Positions 47,443-57,733 of a DNA stretch of 64,000 nt are shown here, piece after piece. How positions within the stretch are numbered: position 1 is the stretch's first letter; every line of letters begins with the position of its first letter. The DNA is from Pseudomonadota bacterium (lineage in GTDB: Bacteria; Pseudomonadota; Alphaproteobacteria; MPNO01; UBA830). Made by a program: the position numbers and the translations under genes. A model generated the notes under the pieces. The model made no database searches. It was not told the origin of the DNA and saw only the letters and a list, made by a program, of their open reading frames with translations. The stretch is taken from positions 1,449-65,448 of the forward strand of contig JAYYZV010000155.1 in NCBI GenBank assembly GCA_036339975.1, given 5' to 3'.

Positions 47443-48414
47443 CTACTTCTCGTTGGAATTGACCGCATCTGCGTCAGGCTTATTGGTATTAGCCTTTCGT
47501 CGCCCTGCTGACACCAGCCAGACGCCAGTGAAAATAACCGCGACACCCGCGATATGGTATGTTTTTATGGATTCGCCTAGTAGAGTAACCGACAAAAAGA
47601 CGCCAATGATAGGGATAAGATATTGTGCTATGGCCGCAACGCTGGCGCCAACCACGGGAACCGCCCTGTTCCAAAGAATATAGGATATGAAAGACGGAAA
47701 TATAACCGCGTAGCTGATGATCGCGATGTTATCAAAGTTTTTGTCGAAGGTTTTGCCCTGGATGAGGTCGACGGCGTAGAGCGGTGCCATAAGAATGACG
47801 GCAAAAATCGTCATCGACGTCAGGAATGCTAGTTCGCCCATTTCGGTCGGTTTCCACCTCAACATCACTGTGTAGACGGCCCATGAAAAAAAACCGACTA
47901 GCACCATGATGTCGCCGACATTGATAGAAAAATGCGAGAGTACCGCAATATCCGCGCGCGATACGATCAGGATGGTGCCGAAAAATCCTAGCAGTACGCC
48001 GAGTGACTGTTTCCAAGTGATGGTCTCTCCTGTCATCAGGAAGGCAATACCCACGATCCACAGTGCACCGGACGTATTCATAAGGGAAGCGTTGATGGCG
48101 ACGGTAAACTGTAGCCCCACATAATACGGGACGCTAAAGCCCACCACTCCGAAGAAACCGAATGCAACCAGAAGTCTCCAGTGTTCCAGCACCAGATGAC
48201 GCTGTTTCCAAGTCTCCTTGCCACCGATTGCAAGAAAGCATAGTGCGACGAAAAACCACCTGATAAATGCCAGGGTGAACGGTGGCACGTTACCGGATGC
48301 CATGCGTCCTGCCACCGAACTTCCGGCCCAAGAAAAAGCACCGATCACTAAAAAGACAAATGCAACCCAGTAGGGAATCGTACGTTTTGTTCTGGAATTG
48401 TTTTCGTTGGCCAA
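47443..48414 (-). CDS. DMT superfamily (EamA-like) transporter
   Basis: 323 aa, 10 TMS, duplicated EamA-type pattern. Confidence 0.7.
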   Translation of the reverse strand: MANENNSRTKRTIPYWVAFVFLVIGAFSWAGSSVAGRMASGNVPPFTLAFIRWFFVALCFLAIGGKETWKQRHLVLEHWRLLVAFGFFGVVGFSVPYYVGLQFTVAINASLMNTSGALWIVGIAFLMTGETITWKQSLGVLLGFFGTILIVSRADIAVLSHFSINVGDIMVLVGFFSWAVYTVMLRWKPTEMGELAFLTSMTIFAVILMAPLYAVDLIQGKTFDKNFDNIAIISYAVIFPSFISYILWNRAVPVVGASVAAIAQYLIPIIGVFLSVTLLGESIKTYHIAGVAVIFTGVWLVSAGRRKANTNKPDADAVNSNEK

Positions 48415-48512
48415 GAGTACCCCTGTCTATGGAAGCAAGGTAGTGTCCGACGTACGTCGGCACAATACATCCTTCTTGACACCTCTGGTGTCTACGCCGC
48501 ACGTTCGGCCAT

Positions 48513-49568
48513 GTGATGACCAAGATCAAAACATGGGACACCGGCGGTGCCGATTTGTCCGCGCTATACCGGGTACTAGCGGCCTCTGCATTCTCCGAGG
48601 GACTTGAGCCGGATGACCTGATTCCTATGCGGTTGAAGGGATTGGTCCATGCTCACGTCCGGATTCGGGGTACCAGCAGGATCTTACGTATTCCGCGCTT
48701 CGGCGCTTTCGGGATGTCTCCGTTGAAAAATCTGGAATATCAGGCAGCTTGCTTCACTCGTGCTCACCCGAGCGGTCACGTGCCGGCATTACATGGTACG
48801 ATATCGCCACAGGTCGGGATCCCTTGGGGTGCCCTGATAATCTCCGAGATCGAAGGCGTTATACCGCCAGTCCCGGGCGGGCTTGGGGCTATGGCGCGGG
48901 CTCTTGCTGCAATTCACTCGTTGCCGGTGCCCGCGGAGTGCAATCGTCCGCCATTGCAATCTTATGCTGATCCAGTAGCGGCTACGCTGACGGTGATCAA
49001 GGCTCAATCGGGGTATTTGGACGCGGCAGAAATAGCCCCTGCTGCTCGTCAGCAGATTGATGAGGAATTGCGTCGCGCAAATGATTTTGTCACCCAATCT
49101 GTTAGCCATGATATGCCTATCACATTAGTCGGCACCGATACCCACCCCGGAAATTTCATGATGCAGTCTGACGGGCATGTGGTGTTCGTCGATCTTGAGA
49201 AAATGCTGTACGGCGCGCCGGCAATAGATCTCGCCCATGCTACGGTTTACACCTCAACAATGTGGGACCCGGATGTTGCGGTGGCGCTCAATGACAGTGA
49301 CGTAAACTCTTTCTATAATGCATATTTTTCCGCGATGCCCACGGAGCTCGGCGATCGTGTTCGGCCTTGGTGCGGCCCGCTAAGAAGAATCACTTGGTTA
49401 CGGACCACGACCTGGTGTGCGAAGCTGAGGGTCGAAATTGAAGACGGTGCGGCATGGTTGGCCGGCCAGCATGATCCTACCTATATTGCGGCCGTTCGGC
49501 AGCGTATCGATGATTATTTTGAGCCAGAAACGATCGCGGATATTCTGGTGGCGTTCGATGAGGACTAA
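48513..49568 (+). CDS. Phosphotransferase enzyme family protein (APH/choline-kinase-like small-molecule kinase)
   Basis: Brenner motif region HPGNFMM followed by VFVDLE (the HxDxxxxN...D catalytic and Mg-binding pattern of the APH fold). Confidence 0.55.
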   Translation: MMTKIKTWDTGGADLSALYRVLAASAFSEGLEPDDLIPMRLKGLVHAHVRIRGTSRILRIPRFGAFGMSPLKNLEYQAACFTRAHPSGHVPALHGTISPQVGIPWGALIISEIEGVIPPVPGGLGAMARALAAIHSLPVPAECNRPPLQSYADPVAATLTVIKAQSGYLDAAEIAPAARQQIDEELRRANDFVTQSVSHDMPITLVGTDTHPGNFMMQSDGHVVFVDLEKMLYGAPAIDLAHATVYTSTMWDPDVAVALNDSDVNSFYNAYFSAMPTELGDRVRPWCGPLRRITWLRTTTWCAKLRVEIEDGAAWLAGQHDPTYIAAVRQRIDDYFEPETIADILVAFDED

Positions 49569-49822
49569 AGATCAAATACCTCTGGCCCGGCGGAACCAAG
49601 TGCCGCATTTTGTCATAACGCTTGATACTGTGCATGCCTATGTCTAGATACGGGGTGAGGCAAGGTATCTAGGTGTTAAGATGGGCCGCTAGCGTTGCTA
49701 AAACCAGTTATCTTTATCAATCGAGAGAGCAACCTGAAAGATCCATAAATATAAGCGTTTGCGCGCCTCGACGTCAGCGGGTTGGTCAGACGTGGAATGA
49801 CAGTTCTCGTGCAGGCGAAAGC

Positions 49823-50602
49823 TTATCTGCCCTCAAACTGCGCCTTCTTCTTCGCCATAAATGATGTCCATGCATTGCGGTAATCCTCGGTGTCACCATA
49901 GGACGCCGCACGAGCGTATTGAGGCTCGGATTCATCACCTTCTAAACAAACTTTGCGGATCGCGTCTTTATTGAAACGTTGGGCAAGCGGCGCGCCGATA
50001 CAAATTCGCTCCACCGTTGCCGTTATTTCATCATCTAGACTGCCGTCTGGCGCTATACGGGTAATAAGCCCGAGTCCCAGTGCTTCGTCCGTATCCATAA
50101 ACCGGCCCTCCAGAACAAGCTGTAGAGCTGCAGTCCGGCCGATCGCATTGACCAACGTGTCCGCAAGCGCGGGATCCAGAAAAATACCCATGTTCTTAAC
50201 TGGCAGACCGAACGTCGATCCGGTCGCCGCGACGCGTATGTCGCAGGCGAGGGCTATTTCCAAGCCCCCGCCAATGCAAAAACCTTCTATCCGTGCAACT
50301 GTTGGGTGAATGCAGTGCTCGATCGCATGCACGGCGGCGATTGTAATATCATTATAGGCGCGTACCTTTTCTGAATTTTTACGAAGCGTCTCAAATTCAG
50401 AAATGTCATTGCCCGAGCCAAATGCTTTGCCCCCCGCCCCAGAAACGACAATGCATCGCAGTTCTGTGTCTTCAGATAATTCGTGGAAAATTTCGCCAAG
50501 CCGAAGCCAGGAGTTGCGATCCATCGCGTTCCTGCGTTCGGGGCGGTTGATGGTTACCGTCGCGACGACCCCGTCGCGGGCACATAGAATTGAATCGCTC
50601 AT
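49823..50602 (-). CDS. Enoyl-CoA hydratase/isomerase family protein
   Basis: CIVVSGAGGKAFGSGNDI and GFCIGGGLEIALACD crotonase-fold motifs. Confidence 0.8.
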   Translation of the reverse strand: MSDSILCARDGVVATVTINRPERRNAMDRNSWLRLGEIFHELSEDTELRCIVVSGAGGKAFGSGNDISEFETLRKNSEKVRAYNDITIAAVHAIEHCIHPTVARIEGFCIGGGLEIALACDIRVAATGSTFGLPVKNMGIFLDPALADTLVNAIGRTAALQLVLEGRFMDTDEALGLGLITRIAPDGSLDDEITATVERICIGAPLAQRFNKDAIRKVCLEGDESEPQYARAASYGDTEDYRNAWTSFMAKKKAQFEGR

Positions 50603-50674
50603 TGGACTTTCGCAAAATGTTATCGCACAAATTTTCTAACACACGCCGCAATATTCGACATAACAACGGTTTTA

Positions 50675-51442
50675 TCAGGGGATGAATTGTTCGTTTATGA
50701 TCCGATCCTCTAAATTATGGTCGGGATCGAATAGTAGCGAAAATGACTTGTCGGTGGCGGCGCGCACCGTGACTCGTTTCACGTCGCGCACCTCGGTGTA
50801 GTCGCCCACCGCGCTGACTGGCCGTTTTCTGGGCTCCAAAACCTCTAAAGAAATAGAAACTGAAGATGGCAAAAGCGCTCCGCGCCAACGACGGGGCCGG
50901 AAAGCACTGATCGGCGTCAGGGCCAGCAGGTTCGCATCCAACGGGATGATTGGGCCATCCGCCGAAAGGTTATAAGCCGTGCTGCCCGCAGGTGTTGCGA
51001 CTAGGGCCCCATCGCAAATTAGCTCGGACATTCGGACTTTGCCATCGATCTTGATCCGCAATTTAGCCGCCTGCCGAGTTTCGCGCAGTAAAGAAATTTC
51101 GTTGATGGCGACAGAGGTCGTTTTCTCACCGTGAATGTCGTGCACTGTCATTTGGAGCGGGCGCAGCTCTACATTTTTGGCATTGTCAATCCGTTTGCCC
51201 AAGTTCGCAACGCGGAACTCGTTCATCAAGAATCCGACTGTACCCCGGTTCATCCCGTATATGGCGATGTCGCTATCAAGCCAAGCATGCAGTGTTTCTA
51301 GCATGTGGCCATCACCACCCAGTGCCACAATTACATCGGCTTCCTCTGGTGCGAAGTATTTGTATCGCGCTTTCAGCGCTTTTGCCGCTTTGCGAGCTGA
51401 ATCGGATGCGGCAGCCACAAACGCGATTTTCTTTTCCGTCAT
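50675..51442 (-). CDS. nadK: NAD(+) kinase
   Basis: GGDGHML and [18 protein letters not shown] motifs of NAD kinase. Confidence 0.9.
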   Translation of the reverse strand: MTEKKIAFVAAASDSARKAAKALKARYKYFAPEEADVIVALGGDGHMLETLHAWLDSDIAIYGMNRGTVGFLMNEFRVANLGKRIDNAKNVELRPLQMTVHDIHGEKTTSVAINEISLLRETRQAAKLRIKIDGKVRMSELICDGALVATPAGSTAYNLSADGPIIPLDANLLALTPISAFRPRRWRGALLPSSVSISLEVLEPRKRPVSAVGDYTEVRDVKRVTVRAATDKSFSLLFDPDHNLEDRIINEQFIP

Positions 51443-51697
51443 TGGGAATTCTACCTTGGTAGCCTAAGTGAAGTATATCGTGTGAGACGTCCGGCGCCAG
51501 TACTTGCGATTAACAAGTCATTGCGCGGGTGAAGCCTATAGGAATTTTTATACTCCTGCACTCCTTCACGATTGCCATATCTCTGGCTAATCACCTCATT
51601 GCAGCCCGGGAGGTAGTCAACTTCTTTTACTTTAAAATACCCTCGGAGAAACCTGTGGGACGGAGCCGAAAACGCTGCCGTGGAAAAAAGAGGTTTC

Positions 51698-52381
51698 TTA
51701 GGGCTCTTTTTTCTCCGGGTCTTGCTCGTCTGACAAAGTGTCGCCGGATCCCGATCCTTCCATGGCCGTGGTGGTTTCAGATTTATCGGTCTCGTCTACC
51801 ACCGATAAATCCACCGCATCCGGCGCCGCACCTTCTTCGAATACCGTTTCCAATTCGACGGCCCCTTCCTCTATGCCGATGACGTCGCCATCGCGGTTAA
51901 TCCGCTCGCCGCGAGACTGCATTTCCGCCTCTTCCTGAGAACGTGCTACATTTACAGTCAGTTCGACCGATACCTCCGGATGCAGGTCAACGCGGATCGG
52001 GTGCATCCCAACTGTTTTGATAGGGCGCTCCAGTTTGACTTGCCGCCGATCTGCCGTGATACCCGCTTCAGTGATACCTCCCGCAATATCGCGCGGCGTG
52101 ACCGATCCATAGAGTTGATCGCTGTCACTCGCCTGACGGACGATAATGACCGTAAGACCATTTAAATCCTTGGCGACACGTTCCGCTTCTTCACGGTACT
52201 TTAGGTTTTCGGCTTCTAGTTGGGTGCGTTGCTGTTCAAATACCCCGCGATTTTCTTCGGTTGCACGCAGCGCTTTCTTGCGTGGAAGAAGATAATTCCG
52301 TGCGAAACCAGGCTTGACGGTGACTACATCACCCATCTGTCCCAGTTTTTCAATTCGTTCGAGAAGTATTACATCCATCAT
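51698..52381 (-). CDS. rplI: 50S ribosomal protein L9 with a roughly 75-aa acidic C-terminal extension
   Basis: N-terminal MDVILLERIEKLGQMGDVVTVKPGFARNYLLP is canonical L9. Total 227 aa against about 150 typical; the tail is Glu/Asp-rich. Confidence 0.85.
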   Translation of the reverse strand: MMDVILLERIEKLGQMGDVVTVKPGFARNYLLPRKKALRATEENRGVFEQQRTQLEAENLKYREEAERVAKDLNGLTVIIVRQASDSDQLYGSVTPRDIAGGITEAGITADRRQVKLERPIKTVGMHPIRVDLHPEVSVELTVNVARSQEEAEMQSRGERINRDGDVIGIEEGAVELETVFEEGAAPDAVDLSVVDETDKSETTTAMEGSGSGDTLSDEQDPEKKEP

Positions 52382-53316
52382 TCATTTCCTTTTTTTGAAC
52401 GCCGTGCCCTTGCGCGGTCACGAAGGCATAGCCGCGATTCCAACACCCCAAGAATTGCGAAGAATGCCGCAGGCCAGAGCGCCATAATCAAAAATAAATA
52501 GACTACTGCGAGAACAATCGAGCGACCGGGCCAAGTGGAGGAGATACTATGCAGAACTGCTAGTCCGATAAAGAAAAAAGGTATGGCGGCGATAAACATT
52601 ATATTTAAACCGATAAATGCTGATTCTCCGCCATAAAACGCCAGAATCGCGCCTAAAATCACGATTGTCATCGGCCATAAAGGGACTTCAATTTCCGAAT
52701 AAACCGGCTTTGGTCGAATATTTTTGTTTGCGGCGGCCAAAAATCGCTGTGCTAGCAAGCAATTGACGAGGTTCATAAGTATCCAGGAGGCGACGGCAAC
52801 GCCCGGAAAAATTCTTGCGGTGGTCGCAATGATTGTATCCATGGCTACCTGATCGGCCTGAATTAGGCCCGCTAGGCTTGATTTTAGATAGCCTTCGACC
52901 GCCCCCCGAATTCCGCCGTCGCTCTGCAGGAAAACAACGTGTGCGACGATCAGGGTGGCGAGGCCCAGTATCGATAACCATACAAGAATCCGCCCCACCG
53001 GATACCAGGAGATACCTCCCTGTCCATCAGACCGGTTCTTCAGGGCAAAATGGACAACCATAAGAACAGGCAAGGCGGATGTGATGACGAAGAGACTTAG
53101 CGTGCCTGCGCCCGTAGACAGAAGGGCGACCAGTATTGCCGCAAACGCGGCTGCGACGGCGGCCGGCATTAGCCCCAAAGCCAAGCCCGTCGCAGCAATA
53201 GGCAGTTGTGCGAAATAGGCGCACATAAGTGCACCAGGCGATCCCAGCGTGATGGAAAGGTGTAGGGTTGCGGAGACAACGCCCGCACCCAGTGGAATGA
53301 GCATGGCGTTGCGCAT
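52378..53316 (-). CDS. DUF2232 (YybS-like) membrane protein
   Basis: Polytopic membrane protein in the conserved alphaproteobacterial slot between rpsR and rplI. Confidence 0.55.
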   Translation of the reverse strand: MRNAMLIPLGAGVVSATLHLSITLGSPGALMCAYFAQLPIAATGLALGLMPAAVAAAFAAILVALLSTGAGTLSLFVITSALPVLMVVHFALKNRSDGQGGISWYPVGRILVWLSILGLATLIVAHVVFLQSDGGIRGAVEGYLKSSLAGLIQADQVAMDTIIATTARIFPGVAVASWILMNLVNCLLAQRFLAAANKNIRPKPVYSEIEVPLWPMTIVILGAILAFYGGESAFIGLNIMFIAAIPFFFIGLAVLHSISSTWPGRSIVLAVVYLFLIMALWPAAFFAILGVLESRLCLRDRARARRSKKGNE

Positions 53317-53345
53317 AAAGACCTGCCCGCCGGCTAGCTGCCGTA

Positions 53346-53573
53346 TCAGTCGATAATAAAAGGCATAAGGGCGAGGTTGCGTGCGCGCTTGATAGCGGAT
53401 GCAAGCTCCCGCTGCTTTTTGGCTGAAACCGCGGTAATCCGGCTGGGCACGATTTTGCCGCGTTCAGAAGTAAAACGTTGCAGCAGTTTCACGTTTTTAT
53501 AATCGATTTTCGGAGCGTTTTCCCCGGAAAATGGGCAGCTTTTGGGCCGCCGAAAAAATGGTCGCCGGCTCAT
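53346..53573 (-). CDS. rpsR: 30S ribosomal protein S18
   Basis: CPF...IDYKNV.LL..F.SERGKI.P.RITA conserved S18 sequence. Confidence 0.95.
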   Translation of the reverse strand: MSRRPFFRRPKSCPFSGENAPKIDYKNVKLLQRFTSERGKIVPSRITAVSAKKQRELASAIKRARNLALMPFIID

Positions 53574-54067
53574 TCGTCGGTTTCCTTGCTATCTTTGGCT
53601 TCATTGTTGTCTTCGGCTTCATTGCGATCAATGACAGCATCCGCAGCCATAGGTTCTTCAGACTTCGGTTTGAATTCAGTGGAACTGTCCTGTTGCTCAT
53701 CGTTCTCATCGCGGCCGCGCCCTCGATCACGTTCATCGCGGCTATTTCTGTTTTGCATGATTATCGATGGGCCTTCTTCATGCTCGTCGACGCGGACGGT
53801 CATATAGCGCAATACATCTTCGCTCAGGCGCATGTTGCGCTCCATCTCCGCCAGTGCGGCAGGCGGCGCATCTATGTTCATCAGCGAATAGTGGCCTTTT
53901 CGATTTTTCTTAATCCGATAAGCAAGGGATTTCAGGCCCCAGTATTCGTCTTTGGTAACTTTTCCGCCATTTTCTTCAAGTATCTTCGTCCAGTCCCCTG
54001 TGAGGGCTTCGACCTGAGTCGCAGAAATGTCCGGGCGTGCGATATACACGCTTTCGTATAGAGGCAC
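53570..54067 (-). CDS. rpsF: 30S ribosomal protein S6 (with acidic C-terminal tail)
   Basis: [13 protein letters not shown]...EYWGLK.LAYRI canonical S6, then an Asp/Glu-rich tail. Confidence 0.9.
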   Translation of the reverse strand: MPLYESVYIARPDISATQVEALTGDWTKILEENGGKVTKDEYWGLKSLAYRIKKNRKGHYSLMNIDAPPAALAEMERNMRLSEDVLRYMTVRVDEHEEGPSIIMQNRNSRDERDRGRGRDENDEQQDSSTEFKPKSEEPMAADAVIDRNEAEDNNEAKDSKETDE

Positions 54068-54333
54068 CTTTTATACTCCTAGTTGGTATCCGGCGCGTTT
54101 CCCCGTCCGGCACTCATTTCCGTCACACTTTCTTTTTCTCCGATCCACACAATATCAGCGTCAAAAATCAGGAGAAAAGACGCGCGGCGTTATGAGGCGC
54201 CGGAATATACACATTTGTATGGCACGCGCAAGCAATCGTCGCATGATTCGTGTCACTATCTTGACTCGCGTTTTTCACCCTATATGACTGCCTGGATGGG
54301 TCCGAACAGAGCTAAAATGGTGGAACGGGACAA

Positions 54334-55275
54334 ATGACATGCGCATTCGTGTTTCCTGGACAGGGATCCCAAGCGGTGGGTATGGGGCAGGAACTGCTTG
54401 CCGCGTTCCCGGTCGCCCGCGAAACATTGGAAGAGGTCGATGATGCGCTAGGCGAGAACCTAACCAAACTGATAGCCGAAGGTCCGGCGGAAGACCTGAC
54501 GCTGACCGAAAACGCTCAACCGGCGTTGATGGCGATCAGCATGGCGGTAATGCGTGTCCTGGAAACAGAGGGTGGGGGTAAGATCGATAAGGTTGCCGCC
54601 TTCGTCGCGGGTCATTCGCTGGGCGAGTACTCTGCCTTGGCGGCAGCTCGATCTTTTGGATTGGCGGATGCCGCTCGGCTGCTGAAGACCCGTGGACTGG
54701 CTATGCAGAAGGCTGTTCCTATAGGCGGGGGCGGTATGGCGGCGCTGTTGGGTGCCAACCTTGACCAAGCAGAGAAAATTGCCGCCGCCGCGGCCGAAGG
54801 ACAGGTCTGTTCGGTGGCTAACGACAACGCGCCTGGCCAGGTGGTTTTGTCCGGCGCAATGGAAGCGATTGACCGGGCTATCCAAATTGCTAGCGACCGC
54901 GGCATCCGTCGTAGTGTTAAATTGCCGGTAAGCGCCCCGTTTCATTGTGAAATGATGGCCCCCGCCGCTGATGTGATGAAAAAGACGCTTGGCGAAGTCG
55001 AGATTGTGCGCCCCCTCGTGCAAGTGATGGCGAATGTAACGGCTTCGTCTGCTGAGAACCCCGACCACATTAAATCGTTATTAGTGGAACAAGTGACGTC
55101 GATAGTTCGATGGCGTGAGAGTGTACTGGCAATGCGGGATGCCGGCGTAGATACGGTGATCGAGCTCGGGGCGGGCAAAGTATTGTCCGGCCTGACCAAA
55201 AGAATTGACCCTGACCTGAGATCGCTTAATGCTGAGACGCCGGAAGACGTCGAGGCCGCCCTCAAAATTATCTAG
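54334..55275 (+). CDS. fabD: Malonyl CoA-ACP transacylase
   Basis: FVFPGQGSQ and GHSLGEYSAL active-site Ser motif. Confidence 0.9.
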   Translation: MTCAFVFPGQGSQAVGMGQELLAAFPVARETLEEVDDALGENLTKLIAEGPAEDLTLTENAQPALMAISMAVMRVLETEGGGKIDKVAAFVAGHSLGEYSALAAARSFGLADAARLLKTRGLAMQKAVPIGGGGMAALLGANLDQAEKIAAAAAEGQVCSVANDNAPGQVVLSGAMEAIDRAIQIASDRGIRRSVKLPVSAPFHCEMMAPAADVMKKTLGEVEIVRPLVQVMANVTASSAENPDHIKSLLVEQVTSIVRWRESVLAMRDAGVDTVIELGAGKVLSGLTKRIDPDLRSLNAETPEDVEAALKII

Positions 55276-55286
55276 GAGCACTCGAC

Positions 55287-56024
55287 ATGTTTGCACTTTC
55301 CGATAAGAAGGCTTTAGTCACTGGCGCATCGGGTGGTATAGGCGGTGCGATAGCTAGGGCACTTCACGCGCAGGGAGCGACGGTTGCGCTGGCTGGAAGA
55401 AATAAGAACGCCCTCGATGAGCTTGCGGCAGATCTCGGGGCACGTGCTCACGTTGTAACAGGCGACTTAGGGGATGCCGGGAGTGCCGATGTGATGTTGT
55501 CTGCCGCGGAGAAGGCGATGGATGGGATCGACATTCTAGTCAATAACGCAGGCTTTACCCGAGACAATCTCGCCATGCGCATAAAAGATCAGGATTGGCA
55601 GACCGTTATTGATGTAAACCTGACGGCCTGCTTCCGCCTGTCGCGCGCCGTATTACGTGGCATGATGAAGGCGCGTTGGGGCCGTATCATCAACATGGCC
55701 TCTATCGTCGGAGTCACAGGAAATCCAGGACAAGCTAACTATGCTGCGTCTAAAGCTGGCATAATCGGAATGTCAAAGGCTTTGGCCAGTGAGGTGGCGA
55801 CCCGGGGGATCACGGTTAATTGCATCGCACCGGGTTTCATTGAGACGGCGATGACCGAATCACTGGCTGATGATCAGCAGGCGAAACTGATCGCGTCCGT
55901 GCCCGCCGGACGGCTGGGAACCCCGGAAGACGTAGCGGGCTGCGCAGTATTTCTAGCGTCCGATGAAGCCGCATATGTGACTGGTCAAACCTTGCATGTG
56001 AATGGTGGAATGGCCATGATATAG
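55287..56024 (+). CDS. fabG: 3-oxoacyl-ACP reductase
   Basis: [16 protein letters not shown], and YAASKAG (YxxxK) SDR motifs. Position between fabD and acpP. Confidence 0.9.
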   Translation: MFALSDKKALVTGASGGIGGAIARALHAQGATVALAGRNKNALDELAADLGARAHVVTGDLGDAGSADVMLSAAEKAMDGIDILVNNAGFTRDNLAMRIKDQDWQTVIDVNLTACFRLSRAVLRGMMKARWGRIINMASIVGVTGNPGQANYAASKAGIIGMSKALASEVATRGITVNCIAPGFIETAMTESLADDQQAKLIASVPAGRLGTPEDVAGCAVFLASDEAAYVTGQTLHVNGGMAMI

Positions 56025-56152
56025 ATCGCTTGGGCGCATGGTCGCCCTTCAGCGCAGAGCCCTTAAAAATGTTGATTTTGGGTCAGGAGAAAACGAAACC
56101 AGAGGCCGGCCCGACGTTTGCTCGGACGCCGCCAAATTCCAAGGAAAAAATA

Positions 56153-56389
56153 ATGAGTGATACAGCAGACCGGGTGAAAAAGATCGTCGTTGAACATCTT
56201 GGCGTTGACGAAAGCAAAGTAACCGATAACGCCAGCTTTATAGAAGACCTAGGGGCGGATAGCCTCGACACAGTCGAACTCGTGATGGCATTTGAAGAGG
56301 AATTTGGATGCGAGATACCGGATGATGCTGCTGAGAAAATTCTCACCGTCAAGGATGCTATGGCGTTTATTGACGAGAATGCCGGCTGA
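56153..56389 (+). CDS. acpP: Acyl carrier protein
   Basis: [20 protein letters not shown] with phosphopantetheine Ser. ATG at 56153 preceded by AAGGAAAAAATA; the ORF listed from 56030 is an upstream in-frame extension. Confidence 0.95.
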   Translation: MSDTADRVKKIVVEHLGVDESKVTDNASFIEDLGADSLDTVELVMAFEEEFGCEIPDDAAEKILTVKDAMAFIDENAG

Positions 56390-56452
56390 TGCCCTACAAC
56401 AGGATCTGATAATTTTCCCACAGAGAGGGAATGTACTCGCGAGTGTGAAAGA

Positions 56453-57727
56453 ATGGCCATGCCATTGAGACGTGTCGTAGTTACCGGTGTTGGAGCGGTG
56501 ACCCCTCTGGGTGCCGGTGTAGAATACGTCTGGGACCGCTTGTTGAAGAGTGAGTCCGGGGCGGGGAAAATCCAGTCGTTCGATACCGACGATCTATCGG
56601 TTAAGATTGCCTGTCAGGTTCCCCTTGGAGAAAGCAGTAGCGGCGCTTTTGATCCTGACGACCATTTGTCTCCCAAAGACCAGCGGAAGATGGATCAATT
56701 CATCATCTTTGCTCTCGGAGCGGCGGCCGAGGCGATTGAAGATTCTGGCTGGACGATCGACAGCGATGAGGATGCCTGGCAGACCGGCGTGATGATAGGA
56801 TCGGGTATTGGGGGACTAGAGACCATCTCCGAGGCGGCAACGTTACTTCAGGAAAAGGGCCCCCGGAGGATTTCGCCGTTCTTTATTCCGTCCAGTTTGA
56901 TCAACCTTGCATCGGGACAGGTGTCCATAAAATACGGGTACAAGGGGCCTAACCATGCCCCTGTGACCGCCTGCTCCACCGGTGCCCACGCGATTGGTGA
57001 CGCATCCAGACTGATAGGGTTCGGAGATGCAGATGTCATGATTGCGGGCGGCGCGGAGGCGGCGGTCTGTCGTTTGGGGTTAGCGGGCTTCGCGGCAGCC
57101 AGGGCCCTTTCGTCTAATTTTAATGAAGAGCCTGAACGAGCGTCGCGTCCTTGGGACAAGGATCGGGATGGTTTCGTGATGGGTGAGGGAGCCGGCGTCG
57201 TCGTATTGGAAGAATATGAACACGCTAAGGCTCGCGGCGCAAAAATTTATGCCGAGGTGGCTGGCTATGGCTTGTCCGGCGATGCCTATCACATCACTTC
57301 CCCGCCAGAAGACGGTAATGGCGGGTATCGCGCAATGCAGTCGGCCTTGCGAAACGCTGGTATTAATGTGGAAGATATTGACTACATCAATGCCCATGGT
57401 ACTTCGACGCCGGTTGGCGATGAGATAGAACTGGGCGCGGTTAAACGACTTTTTGGGGAACACGCCTATAGTTTGTCGATGTCGTCCACCAAATCGGCGA
57501 TCGGTCATTTGCTGGGAGCCGCCGGTGCGGTAGAGGCTATCTTCTCGTTAAAGGCGATCGAAGACGGCGTTGCACCGCCAACGCTCAACCTCGAAGATCC
57601 GTCGGAAGGCTGCGACATTGACCTCGTGGCTAATGAGCCGAAAGAGCGACCTATAAAGGTTGCATTGTCGAATTCGTTCGGCTTCGGCGGTACAAATGCC
57701 TCAGTCGTGTTTAAAAAGGCCTCCTAA
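56453..57727 (+). CDS. fabF: 3-oxoacyl-ACP synthase II
   Basis: ACSTGAHAIG (active Cys), HGTSTPVGD and NSFGFGGTN KAS II motifs. Confidence 0.9.
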   Translation: MAMPLRRVVVTGVGAVTPLGAGVEYVWDRLLKSESGAGKIQSFDTDDLSVKIACQVPLGESSSGAFDPDDHLSPKDQRKMDQFIIFALGAAAEAIEDSGWTIDSDEDAWQTGVMIGSGIGGLETISEAATLLQEKGPRRISPFFIPSSLINLASGQVSIKYGYKGPNHAPVTACSTGAHAIGDASRLIGFGDADVMIAGGAEAAVCRLGLAGFAAARALSSNFNEEPERASRPWDKDRDGFVMGEGAGVVVLEEYEHAKARGAKIYAEVAGYGLSGDAYHITSPPEDGNGGYRAMQSALRNAGINVEDIDYINAHGTSTPVGDEIELGAVKRLFGEHAYSLSMSSTKSAIGHLLGAAGAVEAIFSLKAIEDGVAPPTLNLEDPSEGCDIDLVANEPKERPIKVALSNSFGFGGTNASVVFKKAS

Positions 57728-57733
57728 CCCGAA

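Noticed and set aside
53531-54061. 176-aa plus-strand ORF
   Set aside because: Antisense to rpsF (S6), which is unambiguous.
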